The translations under genes and the position numbers were made by a program. Positions 1-13,962 of a DNA stretch of 64,000 bases are shown one piece after another. The DNA is from Chrysomallon squamiferum. Lineage: Eukaryota; Animalia; Mollusca. The DNA lies in contig CM022679.1 of the NCBI GenBank assembly GCA_012295275.1, positions 4,154,001-4,218,000 on the forward strand, given 5' to 3'. The notes beneath the pieces are model-generated. The model saw nothing but the letters and a program-made list of their open reading frames with translations. It made no database searches and was not told the origin of the DNA. Within the stretch, counting starts at the first letter, position 1. Every line of letters begins with the position of its first letter.

Positions 1-520
1 CAAACAAACAACACACATCCACAAGGGAATAAAAATCCATGTTCAAGCAATCTAAATCGAGCACGCAACCAAAACAACAACAAGTTGTCAAGCCATGTTT
101 AATGCATTTGTTTACAGCCGGAATAAAACAAGAGTTCAACACCGGTCTGAAATGTGTAGCTAGATTCAAATTCAAACGTGGAAATTCAAAAACTCCAAAG
201 CCTGCGATTATTTGATCTGCGAGACTCGGTCATTGCGTCAGTGACGCGCTTCCCAGCAATTTCTTACATTATGTTTCCATTTGATGGCCTGTGAAGACGG
301 TTTTCACACTTTATTTCATTTGTGTGTGTGTGTGGGTCTTGAGCGCGAGGGCCACAAATAGCGCAATCAATAGTCTTCCTCATTACCTAAAACGCGGATC
401 AGTATCGCCCACCGACTTTGTGAGTGTATGATAACAGTTATAAGAAACGACAGAAGAGATTAAGCGCAGGCGCTCGTCTCAAAACAATGATGGTGCATGT
501 CAGAGGAACAGTTAGGATCA

Positions 521-522
<2 letters not shown>

Positions 523-555
<33 letters not shown>

Positions 556-561
556 CTGTGT

Positions 562-592
<31 letters not shown>

Positions 593-596
593 AGTG

Positions 597-634
<38 letters not shown>

Positions 635-753
635 TGTGTAAGATGGTGCGGATTTGTGTGTGTGTAATTATTTCTCTACGGTTTCTCTGCTTGAGAGTAT
701 GTTTTGGTACCATAGTATCCATCCATCCATCCATCCATCCATCCATCCATCCA
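523..753. repeat. (TG)n and (ATCC)n microsatellites
   Basis: Directly visible. Confidence 0.95.
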
Positions 754-1351
754 TACATAGTGGAATATTCCTATACTTAATAGAAACGAACTATTAGTTG
801 GATAGTCAGATATCGCCTCCGTGATAAAGGACTTAAACTCACTAAAACGTACATGCACAGCAAGACCAGTATAACCAGACGAATGACGTTCGTCAGCACA
901 GACAAGGGAAAAAATAATAAACAGACACTAAGTGATCGAAACATCCTCGACGAATGCAAATATTACATTTTCGATGAGAGTGTCTGATAAAATAACAGAA
1001 GTGAGAAGAAGTTTCGGCTGGGTAAAATCTGTTTACATGTGTGCAAATTGCCTATCACGCAGGCATGGAACAAAGTTAATTCAATTCTTTCTCTGTTGGC
1101 AGGTTAGGTAGCAAGGACAAGAGTGTCGTAAATTATTAAAATAACGCAGCGCTTGCTGGTTTTTGTGTGATCTCAACAAAAAGGTGATGGATCGAGGAGG
1201 CTGATATAAATAGCCGAGTTGTGAGATTACTGTAGCCTCTCTGACACACTTTGCTTTTTGTCGATAAATAATTTCATGACCCGATTCGATAATTCTAATT
1301 TTTAAATATTTTTTTCTAATTTCCCGTTCGTTAGATTCTTTTTACGTATTT

Positions 1352-1460
<109 letters not shown>

Positions 1461-2375
1461 CTATTTATCTCTGTATATCCTTTTTTTTTTATATCTGTGC
1501 TTCCATGTACATATTTTTAAATATTTGTTTAAATTATATATATTTTTTTAATTTATTATTTTCATTTTGTCTCCATATATTTTGCATTTACTTGTTATGC
1601 AAATTATTTTTTCTTTCATTATTTTTCATTTTTCTTTCTCCAAACATTTTCTCTTGACAACACAATTATAGTTTTCCTATGCTTATCAAACTATTACATC
1701 AATCCTTTCAAAAACAAAAAAAACTATAAAAAATTTAATAAATAAAAAATCAGCAAATCAGTATCCGAACTCAAATGTCATAATACTGAAATTTTGTTTT
1801 TCCCTCGACCATAATATTTTATCTTAGACTCTGACAAATACGCTGATATTATTTTACATTCCCTAAAAAGATAAACCGATATAATTCTAATGATTCTCAG
1901 TTATGTAAACCCATTCCAGCACACAGCCATAATTCTGAACCCATAAAATATATAGTTATTTATACTGAGCACGCGAAATAACGAGTCCTTGTTGGACAAA
2001 AATCAATATCATTTATGTGTGAGTGTGTTTGAAATATGGTCCTTTAAACCAGGTTCATGTATCTTTAATTTACTCTTCCCAAAGAAACAGGAAAGACAAA
2101 GAAATAATTATGACAAATGTAATAACTGCGTGATTACGTGTTTGACAAGATACTTTAAACAAAAAAAAAATAAAATGATAATAATAATAATAATAAACAA
2201 TAAAAAAGTAAAACAAAATTATTAATCAGTGAAAGTGTAAAAAGGTCGCATATAGTCAGCTACATTTTGAATTTATCCATATTATTATTATTATTTTTTT
2301 TTTATCAATTTATTTATTTATTATTATTTTTTTTTTTTTTTATTTATCAATTTATTTATTTAATGATTTGTGCAT

Positions 2376-2500
<125 letters not shown>

Positions 2501-4139
2501 CATGAACCGAATTTGGCAGTGACCGCTTTGATTAAAAAATGTTAATATCTCTCAGACTATACAATTTATTTTTCATTATTACCAATCTTACGACCGTTAC
2601 CGTCACCAACTTAATAACAGCAAAAACGAGAACAAAAACAATCTCATTTTTAGTATCACATTTCCATCTGATATTCTCCAGCGCAATCCTTATTATCTGT
2701 ACAGAGAATAACACTATAACTTACTTGTGTCGGCTTCACCGGGTTTTGCTCTCACTGACCAAACCCAAGTGTGCAAGTTCCTCAGGAGACGGCCACCAAA
2801 GCTTTTAGTGGTAATCGTATTAAGACAGTTCACAGACAGCTTAGCGAGGTCAGCATTCAGCATGCGACTCCTGCAGCAGCCTAATGTGTATAATTAGTTG
2901 TGATGCGTATAAATCTCGGAAGATTATTCAACTCAGGAATATAAGAGTCAAAAAGAAAAGTCAAGTGCAAAAAAAAAAAAAAAAAAAAAAACGTCCATTG
3001 TCTAAATACCCAGACGTAATTTGGGCTCTTGTTTTTTCGCTTTCGGTAAATCTTTTTTTATGAAACGTTATAGTATGATTAGGGATTAGACTGCGAAGAC
3101 GATGAGGGATATTTCAGAAATAAATATCCCATTTGTAAGCACAAATGACTCTTCTGTATACTGCATTAGATTAGACATCAGCGGGTAAGCAATTACTGCG
3201 GCTGGATGTGATGTATTACCAGCGTTCATTTCAAGTTTTATTTCAATATACTGTTTACAAGTTTCGATTGGAAAAAGTGCAAAAGAAGAAGAGAAACAAC
3301 AACGATAAAAATTATATTAAAAAAAAAGTTAAAAAGATTCAGAAAAGAAGAATTATAACGAAAAGAAAAAGAAAATGAAGTAAAAAGAAACAGGAACAAA
3401 AAATAAACAGTGAAAACGACAATAAATATTTTGATTAAAAAAGTTATAAACAGAAAGTTAATGGCAGTAGTTAAATGCTAATGAAATGCTATCGTAGCGA
3501 GTTCATATTTCAGTACAATGTATATAAAATTATATATGAGAAACATATATTAGAAACATAATTATATATTGATTGCCTTCCCATACGAATCCACTAAACA
3601 ATGGATGATTTTCACAATGGATGTTTTTTTTTTTTAATTAATTAAATTTTTTTATTTTTTGTTGTTGTTATCTGTGAAATAAAATCCTGCTCATTTAAAT
3701 GAAAACAACCTTCTTCACCTTGATTTAAAAATTTACAAACATGAAACAAGAATTTTTTTATTTTACTAAAATGCATTTAACGGACAATTTCAGCCAAAGT
3801 AATCAAAACATTACGATTGTCGTAACTCCGTGACACAGACCGACATCTCAACTGAATTAAAAAATAATAAAAACAATAATGGTAAAGCTGACACCAAGTC
3901 TCTTCCACTAATCGAATTTGACCCTGGCTGTACTCAGACAGTCTGGCCGAACCATCGCAAGATGTTCAGTGGGCCAGGGAAGATGAAGGACTCATCATAT
4001 TTGACTAATGGCAATCAAAAGACGCTGACCGTCTTAACTCCAGATGAACAAAGTTCCAATAATGTGAGAAGAATTGGCGCATTATCACCTAACAGACTGG
4101 AAAGAGAGAGGCAGGAGCGAACGTGTTATTAACAGAACA

Positions 4140-4680
4140 ACGAATTCATCGATTTTATAGATTCCTTGATTTTACTTATTCGGTAAATTCCATAGATCTG
4201 TTTAGATTCGTTGATGTGTTGAATTCTGGAGACGCTGCGGTTTTATGATTTTTTGAAATTTTGATTATGATCTTTCTTTAACGTTAATAGCATTAAGAAT
4301 TAATGGATTCTGTGCAAACCATGGGTATATTTTATTATTATTATTATTACTGTTGTTGTTGATATTGTTGTCGTTGTTGTTATTATTATTTCTTCTATGG
4401 ATGTCTGGATTCAAGAGTTTCATGGGTTCTTTCACAATAAGGATTCTGTGGATTTTTCGACTCTATGATTATAAGACTGTGGATTCAACTACGTTATGAT
4501 TTTCATGTATTCTGTGATGCCGTAGTGTCTCAGTACCATGGATGATGCAGTGAATTCTGAGCATTCCTTGATGTCACGGATTTTTTTTTTTTTTTATATA
4601 TTCCGTGATGTTCATCATCTATGAATTACGTGGATTTCTTTGGATATCTATCTTTCCCTGGATTCCTGGCTACTCTGAGA
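4140..4680. repeat. Highly decayed short-unit (~9-10 bp) GGATTC(C/T)(A/G)T-like repeat
   Basis: Dense recurrence of GATTC, GGATT, CATGG and GAATTC words throughout. Confidence 0.5.
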
Positions 4681-6700
4681 GTTTAAAAAACACAGTTTTG
4701 TTATTATGTGTTTGCGTATTACTGGAACCAGCGGTTCCTGGAACATCACACCAAATCAATTATCTACACCACAGTGTATGTTGACAGGACCAGATACTTC
4801 CTTTGAGAAATTGATGAGGGATCAGAAAGGTTGCAGTTCTTCAGTATCAATATGCTCTTTATGTTATAAATTGTATGAAAAAAAAAGAAAACCATTGCTA
4901 GCCTGATAACTAACAGATTAAGAACTGTATAATATATGCTTAAGATAACAAACATGTACAAACGCGTGTTATTAGATACCACGCACATGCACATACAGAC
5001 ATAATAAATGAAGCGTGAAACATTCATCACTGTGGACTGTTTTGTAGATAACAGTATCTGTGAATGTTTTGTAATAAATAAATAAATGAAGAAAGAAAGA
5101 AAGAAATTAATTGAAAATAAAAAAAATAAAAAAATAAAAGAAAGAAAGAAAGTAGTCAAATAAATAAATTAAGCAGTACAAAACAAAACGATCAAAAGAA
5201 ACAAACAAGTAAATACATAATTCAAAAAAAAAAAAAAAAAAATTATAAATTATAAAAAGAAAAACCAAAACGGTAAATCTAGAAACCGATTTAAAGAATG
5301 AATGGTGTTTTTTTTTTTTTTTTTTGCACGATATCAAACTCTGGCTGGAATTAGAAAATGTTATTACTCCCCAAGCGATTTAACAGTCGATGAGATCTAT
5401 AAACGAACAAATGAATGAGCTAATGAAAGAAGAAACGAAAGAATGAGGGAACAAAGAAACAAATGAGCCACGGAACAAATGAATGAATGAATCTGAAAAA
5501 AAAAAAAAAAAAAAAATGTAACCGTTTTATAAAGATTTAGTAAAACACCTGTTGACAGGAGAAAGAATAAATCGTGACACTTAACCCGAAATCATTTTAA
5601 TTATCGATCAGGAAGTGAAACGATTGATTCGATTCATTCAATAGACATGCGCATTGTTGACAACATCCATAAATCAATTTTCGCGCAGAACGATTTCGTT
5701 TCACTCCGATACTTGAAGGAAAAAACGACGTAGGCGCTGGAGATGTTGTTAACACCTATTTCAAACACAAGTGACCAGTTCCAGTAATGATGTACACAGA
5801 GAGAAGAAAGAAAAAGAATAATATGTCTTACTTAGATAACAACAGAAAAGAAGATCAGTTTATTGTGATGAATTGTGTTTTGATCTTAGTAGTATTAGTT
5901 TACAGTAGAAAGCCGATTTTACCAGTTTGTTATTTCAGAAACGTGAGTACTTTAAGAAATATAAAAATAAATTTAACAGCAAAATGAAAATGGTCCTCTG
6001 AAAGGTAAAGTTTGGGTACGATATAAATAAATATATAGAGAAACAGATAAATAGATAGATAGACAAACAGACAGACATCAAATAAACAGAGGGACAGAGA
6101 CAGACATATATATGAATATAGGTAGATAAAAGCATGAGAGAAAAGCATGATAAATACATAAATACTGATTATCAGATTGATAAACAAACAAATAAAGAGA
6201 TGAGTGCATATGTATGTGTATATTCTTTAATATAAAAATCTCGAATAACAGTTATTTTTCTCTATTTTTCCCCACAATTGTTGGAGAACCCTGTAACCTA
6301 TATCCTGCCTATTTACTGAGCGTCCACCTCTGAGGATTAAAAAAAAAATTATTGATTGGTAATTAGAAAAAATAAGACAGATATATCTGCCTGCTTAAAT
6401 ATTGAAAGAATAATAACATTTGCTTATATACACAATATGAGATTACTGATCTATATATGATCGATGTTTCCTTAGGTTAAAGTACTTTTATCCGGAGGGA
6501 AATAAAAACAGGATATAAAAAAAGAAAAAAGGAGGAAAACAATCATTTGTTTCACACACAACAATTTCAATGAATAATAGGTTTGTGAAAAATGTATTAA
6601 ATTCACAGTTTCATTTTATTCATTCATTCATTCATTCATTTATTTGTTTCATTCTTTTTTCTATCGTTTATTCTCTGTTTGTTCTCTCTCACAGTCACCA

Positions 6701-6703
<3 letters not shown>

Positions 6704-6761
<58 letters not shown>
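6704..6761. repeat. (CA)n microsatellite
   Basis: Directly visible. Confidence 0.98.
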
Positions 6762-6770
<9 letters not shown>

Positions 6771-7797
6771 CACGTTTATACGTGATTATCAGAGAAAAAA
6801 CCGTCTTCCAACTTCCCATGGAAGGGAATTCTTCAACCGTCGTTGGAACAGGAAAAAAAAAAAACTAGCGTACGGAGAATGATTTCTTCACCAACCACCA
6901 TCGATTAACGATAACCACCCAAATACACAAATACACGGGGATTATAAAAATAATGATAACGGAGTATGATTATTCATTACGAAAATACTATTACAACGAC
7001 CGCAATGAGGTTGGTAACAAGAAATGTTCTAATCGTGGCGATCATTATGGAGATTATCATTCGTGACGTAAATGATATGGTTCGGCCTTTTATCAATGAA
7101 ACACAGAACTAAAATATTCCGTTCACGATGATTTAAAATGATTGGCGAATAAATGATGTAATGATGAATATGCTGATGATTATAATAATGATGATGATGA
7201 TGACGACAGAACAAGAATATCTGTATGACCTTGACACTGGCTCATTCACGTATCATGGACTAACACATTTCACAAATCGATCAGTCATTGTCATTGTGAT
7301 GCCATAAACGGTCCATTTCTGGCTTCAGGTTCAGCCAATGAAGTCAGGTGCCACTTACAATTGTTCATCGATTTTCACCGAAAACGAAGGAATTAGGTTC
7401 CGTATAGATCCATTCTTTATTTGTCTGTGATCTAAGCCAGAGACAGAATTTTTAAGGTGTCAGATAGCTAATGACACAATCCAATAACGGATCTGACGTA
7501 ATGAACTTCGCGCGCGCACACAGACAAACACACACACACACACAGGCACGCTCACAGACACACGCACACGCAGAGGCACGCACACAGACACACACACACA
7601 GTTTGTGTCTGTTTTACACAAGATAAAGATATATTTTAAATTAATGGATGTACAAAATGTGCTTACTTTCTGCATATTCTTCTATATTCATGCATGTAGC
7701 TAACTGCATATGTATATATGTGTGTATATATATATTTGTATATAAGCATGTATGTGCATATATGTATATATATTTATGTATCTATATGTATGTATAC

Positions 7798-7843
<46 letters not shown>

Positions 7844-8459
7844 GTGGGTGTGTATATAGATAGATAAATGTACGTCTATATTTGTCTATTGTTTTTTTTA
7901 ATGTACATTTACATGGAGATAACGACTGCAAGTTTACTTGTTAGATCAATGATCCTGTCAGACGTCTTGCAGCTAATTATAGAAACAAGTGATCTTCACC
8001 CATTAGCCGGCGAGCACAAGGCGAGCTAGATCAAGCAAAATGTGTCGAATCATTAATATTTTATCACTCTTATTTCGAGTGAAACGTCTGCTAGCATCGT
8101 CTGTTGACACGTGCGGACGACACCAGACCAGAAACCAATAGAGTTTAACTCAATAACCCACACACCGAAATGAAGCGACTCAATTATGGCAATAAGTGGC
8201 GGTGTCAGCACTGCACAGGTTATGCAATTCGCTTGCAATTTGGCAAAGTCTGGGCTGGTTTTCAGTTTTGGCAGCGTCGTCGTCTCTCTCTCTGTGTGAA
8301 CGTTACGTAGCCGAAATTGTGTTGGTGGTCGTGTTACAGACGCCAACGTAACACGTAACTCGGTAATGAAGAATTCAGTTCTGGTAAACTAATGTCACCT
8401 GATGCAACAAATGACGGGAATTTGATATCTGACCCGGGTCATTCTGTGTAACAGTGCTG

Positions 8460-8775
8460 TTTATAGCAACATTCGTGGTGAAAAGTGTACTGGAACTTTT
8501 ATTAGCATTTAAATATGAAGCAACATTAGGATGAAATATCTCCATAAACCTCCTGAAACAGTCACTAATATTAAAATGTTTTCCCAAGATTAAACTCTTC
8601 TTGGTACTTAAATATCATGCAACATTCAGGATGAAATATTGCATTAACCCTCTCCTGTAACTGTTACTAATTTCAAAATGTTCAACATTATCCAGGATTG
8701 CACATTCAGAACAAGATTCTGCATTGACCCGTCCAGCAACTGTTACTGTTTTCTAAATATTTAGCAACATTCGAG
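8460..8775. repeat. Degenerate tandem repeat (~60-bp core, 80-100-bp spacing)
   Basis: GCAACATT(C)AGGATGAAATAT..CAT.AACC..CCTG.AAC.GT.ACTAAT..AAAATGTT at ~8520 and ~8620, with a more diverged copy at ~8700. GCAACATTCG also occurs at ~8466 and ~8764. Confidence 0.7.
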
Positions 8776-9619
8776 ACTGCGTTTGTGCGTTTAAGAAATG
8801 GGCTGCAAGACTACATTTTGAGAGAACGCCCGAGGCACGTTAGTTCGCAGGATCTAGACTCCTCGGCGCACTTATTAGGTTACGTATTATGTGACCGTTG
8901 AAACCAAATTTTTCTCGTTTTTAAATCGATAGCAATAGTCGATGGAGTGTGGCAGCTGTTTTTCTGTAAGTGTATGACTACAGTAATGTGGGAATATACT
9001 CATACATATTTAATTTTGTTACTAGCAATTTCCCACCTTCTCATAACACTGTAAGGAGTTTGAATAGTGACGTAGAAACACAGTCTGTTATAATAGACGT
9101 TTCTAGGGCACCATTCGTGTTAAACGAAACGTCTTGCAATGAAACAGCAAAATCGTTTGATTTGTTAAATAAAAATGTATAATATTATATTAACAAATAT
9201 GAAATATGAAATTTAGCTATTATTATTATGATTATTATTATTGTTGCTGTTGTTGTTGTTGTTGTTGTATTATGTAATATTAAATGATATGATATCAAAA
9301 TGTGGGATTTAAAAAACGAATCTTTTACTTGTAACATCAAACTATATCATATCTGTAATCCATTTATAACGAGGAACTACACCTTATCTGCCACATTATG
9401 TCATTTAATTATCTATTCTATCTCCATATCCTGCATTAATTTTCTGTATAACTACTCCAAGCATTCAAGTTTCTGACCATTTTTATTTTTATTTTATTTT
9501 TTTATGCAGGACCCTTATCTATGGCTACTCGAAGAATTCAGCTTTCTATCTATTCATTTTATGAGTACTGATATATATTTATTCATCACTCTTTAATCTA
9601 TCGCCAGTTTTGTTCTAAG

Positions 9620-9807
9620 GGAATGACACATTCAGTGCACAGAAAGCATGTCAAGAAGCTCTTTCTCCGCTCGCAAACACACTCGAAGTCTTACGCCATC
9701 AGAATCGTGTTGTTTTAGCAGATCAATACGACGTTCTTCAACAAGCACGTTGTCGTGAAGAGGAGGCCTTGAAGAAGCACCTCAACGCAAGTCAATACGT
9801 TAAGTAG
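9620..9807 (+). CDS. Candidate coding exon, unidentified
   Basis: TTTTGTTCTAAG| is followed by an open frame NDTFSAQKACQEALSPLANTLEVLRHQNRVVLADQYDVLQQARCREEEALKKHLNASQYVK*. The composition is balanced and helix-like, but I recognise no family. Confidence 0.22.
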
Positions 9808-10245
9808 TTTGGCGAACGATGTCTGAGGAACATCTTTTAACAGTCGTGGAAAATCGCCCCGGATAACGGATGTATACATACATGCGCATCATCTCCCGTT
9901 CGGATATTTATGGAAGAGACGCGAGTTGGATTTTTTTTTCTTTTTTTTCTTTTCTTTCTTGTCGTTAACGATTGAAAGACCCACAGAAAGCTGCAGTCCT
10001 GCGTTTTCCATCAAAGTGTGAAATGATTTTACGGAACGATTAAGTAGTAAATCAACAGTATTTTGTTTGAGATTTTTTATTTTTTATTTTTAAAGTCAAA
10101 AGGCTTTAGAACCACAGGAAAGTATAGTGAAATAAAAAGAAAACAAAGAAAAGAAGATACAAAGACATTATGGAGAAAGAATTTGTTAATGGACTAAATA
10201 GCTATAGAATTTATGTATGTATAAATATACGTATGTGTTTGTGTG

Positions 10246-10276
<31 letters not shown>

Positions 10277-10629
10277 ATATATATGTTTGAACAAACTAAC
10301 TTCAGGACAAAATAAGCGCTGATTTTGAAGTGGGTATTGTAAAAGAAAAGATACAAAAACAAACAGGTTGTATATCGAAATCCTTTGACATGAATAAAAT
10401 GCTGAACGGAAAAGAGATGAAAGACTATTAGGGGTGGGACAAGGATAAAAGTATTTGAAAACTGCATGAACGTTGTTTTAACAACACTTAATGATGTTAG
10501 TTATTTAAAAACACTTAGAACTCTTTTCACCAACGAAAAATACAAGATTCATTAAGTGCAGAGAAATAATTGGTCTGCTAATCGTTAAATTGATCTGAAC
10601 ACGTGATTGCTTCTTTGTGTGTGTGTGAA

Positions 10630-10665
<36 letters not shown>

Positions 10666-13186
10666 TAATGTGCAAATATATTTTTAAAGTACAAGAATTA
10701 TTGAATACATATACGTATATACACATTCATGTCTCATGATATCTACGTATGTTGACATCAAGTTATTTGGTCTAAGGGCACCAAAAATAATCCAGTCTTT
10801 ATCACTATTATTTTTGGACTGGATCTGATCAAGTCTGTATCATAATGCAGATCGTTGTTCTCTGTGGGAAAATGCATAGGGAAGATCTGTTATTTCTAAT
10901 CGATATGCATAATGCATAGTCTTTAATTTAATCACAACAGTTTTCAATATCTTTATGAAATAACCTCACAACCATTATTGTTAAAATAATTTGATTAAAA
11001 TATTTCATAAAGATTTCTTCGCTGATGTCTTTGTTGATTTTAACGACTTGCATTCATGTCAAGGTCAGGGGGTTGCGCCCACGAAACACTTGCCCGAACA
11101 TAAATTCGACTGAAACACGCCAAACTCATCATTCAGTGGAAGTGATTCATTTCAGATCTCTTCTTTGTACACTCGTAGCGCAGAACGGCCGCAGAATGCA
11201 ATATCGCTGTAACGATTTCGCATGAAACGTCAAATTACAGATGGAACCTTAGGCAAAGCAACACAGAGATAATTGAGAAAATTACAAAGCCCCCATCAGA
11301 AGCGTCTGGCTGTTAATTATTCGTAGAGCCTTCGTTGGATTCGAGAGGACGGGGGAAAATGTCTGCCTCGACTAAATTGCTGTTTACTAATGACATATCT
11401 CAGTATTCTTGATCCGCGGCCATTTCGCTATGTGCTAACATGCTCCAGGCCATCATGCATTGATTGATTGATTCTTGCAGTTATTAGATGATCCTTTTTG
11501 TCTCTGTATCTGATTTTTTTGTTGAAATAGTAAACTGAGACATTCTTGACAGAACTAATGATTAAATTCATACACGCTTGTTGTGTTGTCATTGTTATTA
11601 TTCTTTTCGTCTTCTTCTTCTTCTTCTTCTTACAGTTGTTGTAGTTTTATTTATTATTATTATTATTATTATTTTTATTATATTTTTAATGCCATATGAA
11701 TAGATCATGTACCTTATTTGTTTGTTTGTTACTGAAATTGTATAACAGTTATAATATATCATATTACAACCTTCTGTTTCATCATCATCATCAAAAATAT
11801 AATCGTCAGTTACTAAAATTATATCAACAAGAATATTAGTAGAAAGGAAAACCGCTGTAAATAAAGAAGTAAAAACAACAACAATAAAATAACGTAACTC
11901 ATTTTTAACTAATCTATTATGTGGACCATTATCGGGATCATACATTACCATGCAACATTATGCTGCAATGTTTATGTAGAACATAAACAAATACATAAAA
12001 CAAACGTCGCATTGAATCGACAACAGAAGCAAAATCATGACATGAAGATTTTTTAACAGCTCATTACTGTCATCATCACAGACATGAGATCTCTCAGCAA
12101 AAGCAACAGTCGTGTAACTGAATTTGACAGCAGCATCACGAACAACGTAGAATTACGACGTATGGATCATGCAGTGAGCATCAAATTCATCATCAACATC
12201 ACCAATTACAACAGCATGATACTCCCCCCACTGAACTTGAAATTAGCAAAACGAAGACGAGTAAATATTTAATGTAGTCATCATCATCATCATCATCATC
12301 ATTAATACCAGCTATAATAATAAAAAATAAACTAATAGGGAAACCAAAAAAATTAAAACAATTAAAAAATTACTAAATAAGTAAAAAAAAAAATAAAACA
12401 TTAACGGAAATGAATTCAAGTAATGATGATTATCAGTGTCATCATCGTCATCATCATCATCATCAGGATATCACCATCATCATCAAGATCATCACAGTAA
12501 TAATAAATTCAACATCATCGCTCCGTCCGAAAGAATACCAGAAGCAAATAGAAGTGGTAGGAAAGTACCAAACATCGTCTGTTTTTAACAACATTAAAAT
12601 AAAAGGTTAAATTATGTCTACAGTCTTTCATTTTCGCTTCTTCATGCCTGTTTAAAACGTTCATATATTATTCACTTATTTAAAGAATTTCCATGTGGCA
12701 ATGCAATTTAGACGCTTGTCTGCTGAATCGATCTCATTTTAACAAAGGTCACCGTTATTAAAGGACTATTTTCTGCAAGGCTTTCATTCCAGGACAACTG
12801 CCAATCTGCCTGCTGGTAGCAACTGAACCTGTAAATCAGATACATTCTCCATGACTGACTTTCTTGTACTATTGGTAATGTTATTCTGAAGTCGTTTGTA
12901 TTGGTTAAAGTGTAGCAAGTGTTGTTCCTAATCACATTAAAATACGTAACTGATGATTTATTTCTTTTATAGTTTTAGTTATGTATAAAGATCAGTGGGT
13001 CTGCATATGGTCTCTTTTGTTTTCTACTTTACTGTCTGTGTGTCTGTCTGTTTGTATGTATATATGCTTTGTTTAGGATTTTGAATATTTCTCTAACTTA
13101 TGCATGTCTGAATAGACTCTGCGCATAGACAATATTCGAGAACGCACTGGCTGAGGAGGACAAAGTCCAGATCAGAATCTGTATCT

Positions 13187-13264
13187 ATGTATGTATGTAT
13201 GTATGTATGTATGTATGTATGTATGTATGTATGTATGTATGTATGTATGTATGTATGTATGTAT
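13187..13264. repeat. (ATGT)n microsatellite
   Basis: Directly visible. Confidence 0.98.
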
Positions 13265-13919
13265 TTGTATATATGTATGGATGTATGTAGGTATATAGCA
13301 TATGTCTGTATAAATAATCTGCTGCTTACAAAGAAACGGTATTGAACATTTTCACATAATCTCAGAGAAAATCAGGTCAGTATGCAAAATCCAGATAAAT
13401 TAATGTGGTCGCCTGACTCCTAAACTTTTCTCTCCTACAGCAAGTTTTTCTCACTCAGCTTGCTGTCAAATACTCCCCTGTGTGGCTATAAAACGCGTCT
13501 GTTGCGAGGACAAGTATAAAGGAAGTTTACTGCATACAAAATTACAGATGAAGTAATTCCAGAATGCAATAAAAGTTCACCAGTAATTCAGTTTTAATAA
13601 AAAAAAGTATGTATGTGCGTGTGCTTGTTCATATATACACAATTGAATACATAGCAGTAAACATAGATGCTAGATACAAACATCATACATCAATATATGC
13701 ATAATTATATACATACACACACAAACGTACATACATGCAGACATACTACAGAAACACCTACACTGAGACAAACAAGTATTCAGAAAATTCAACATACATA
13801 TATAAACACATACAAACGTATTTTGCATATGTATTCAATAAAATGCTTTAGAAATGTAAGTTCGACAGATAATTAAATATAACTCAACAGATTTCTAAAA
13901 ATTCAGCAACAACAGAAAA

Positions 13920-13962
<43 letters not shown>

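Noticed and set aside
3830-4132. 100-aa ORF, and similar island ORFs at 8053-8346 and 26061-26324
   Set aside because: Non-ATG starts, no convincing splice-site pair and no recognisable family; explained by locally higher GC.
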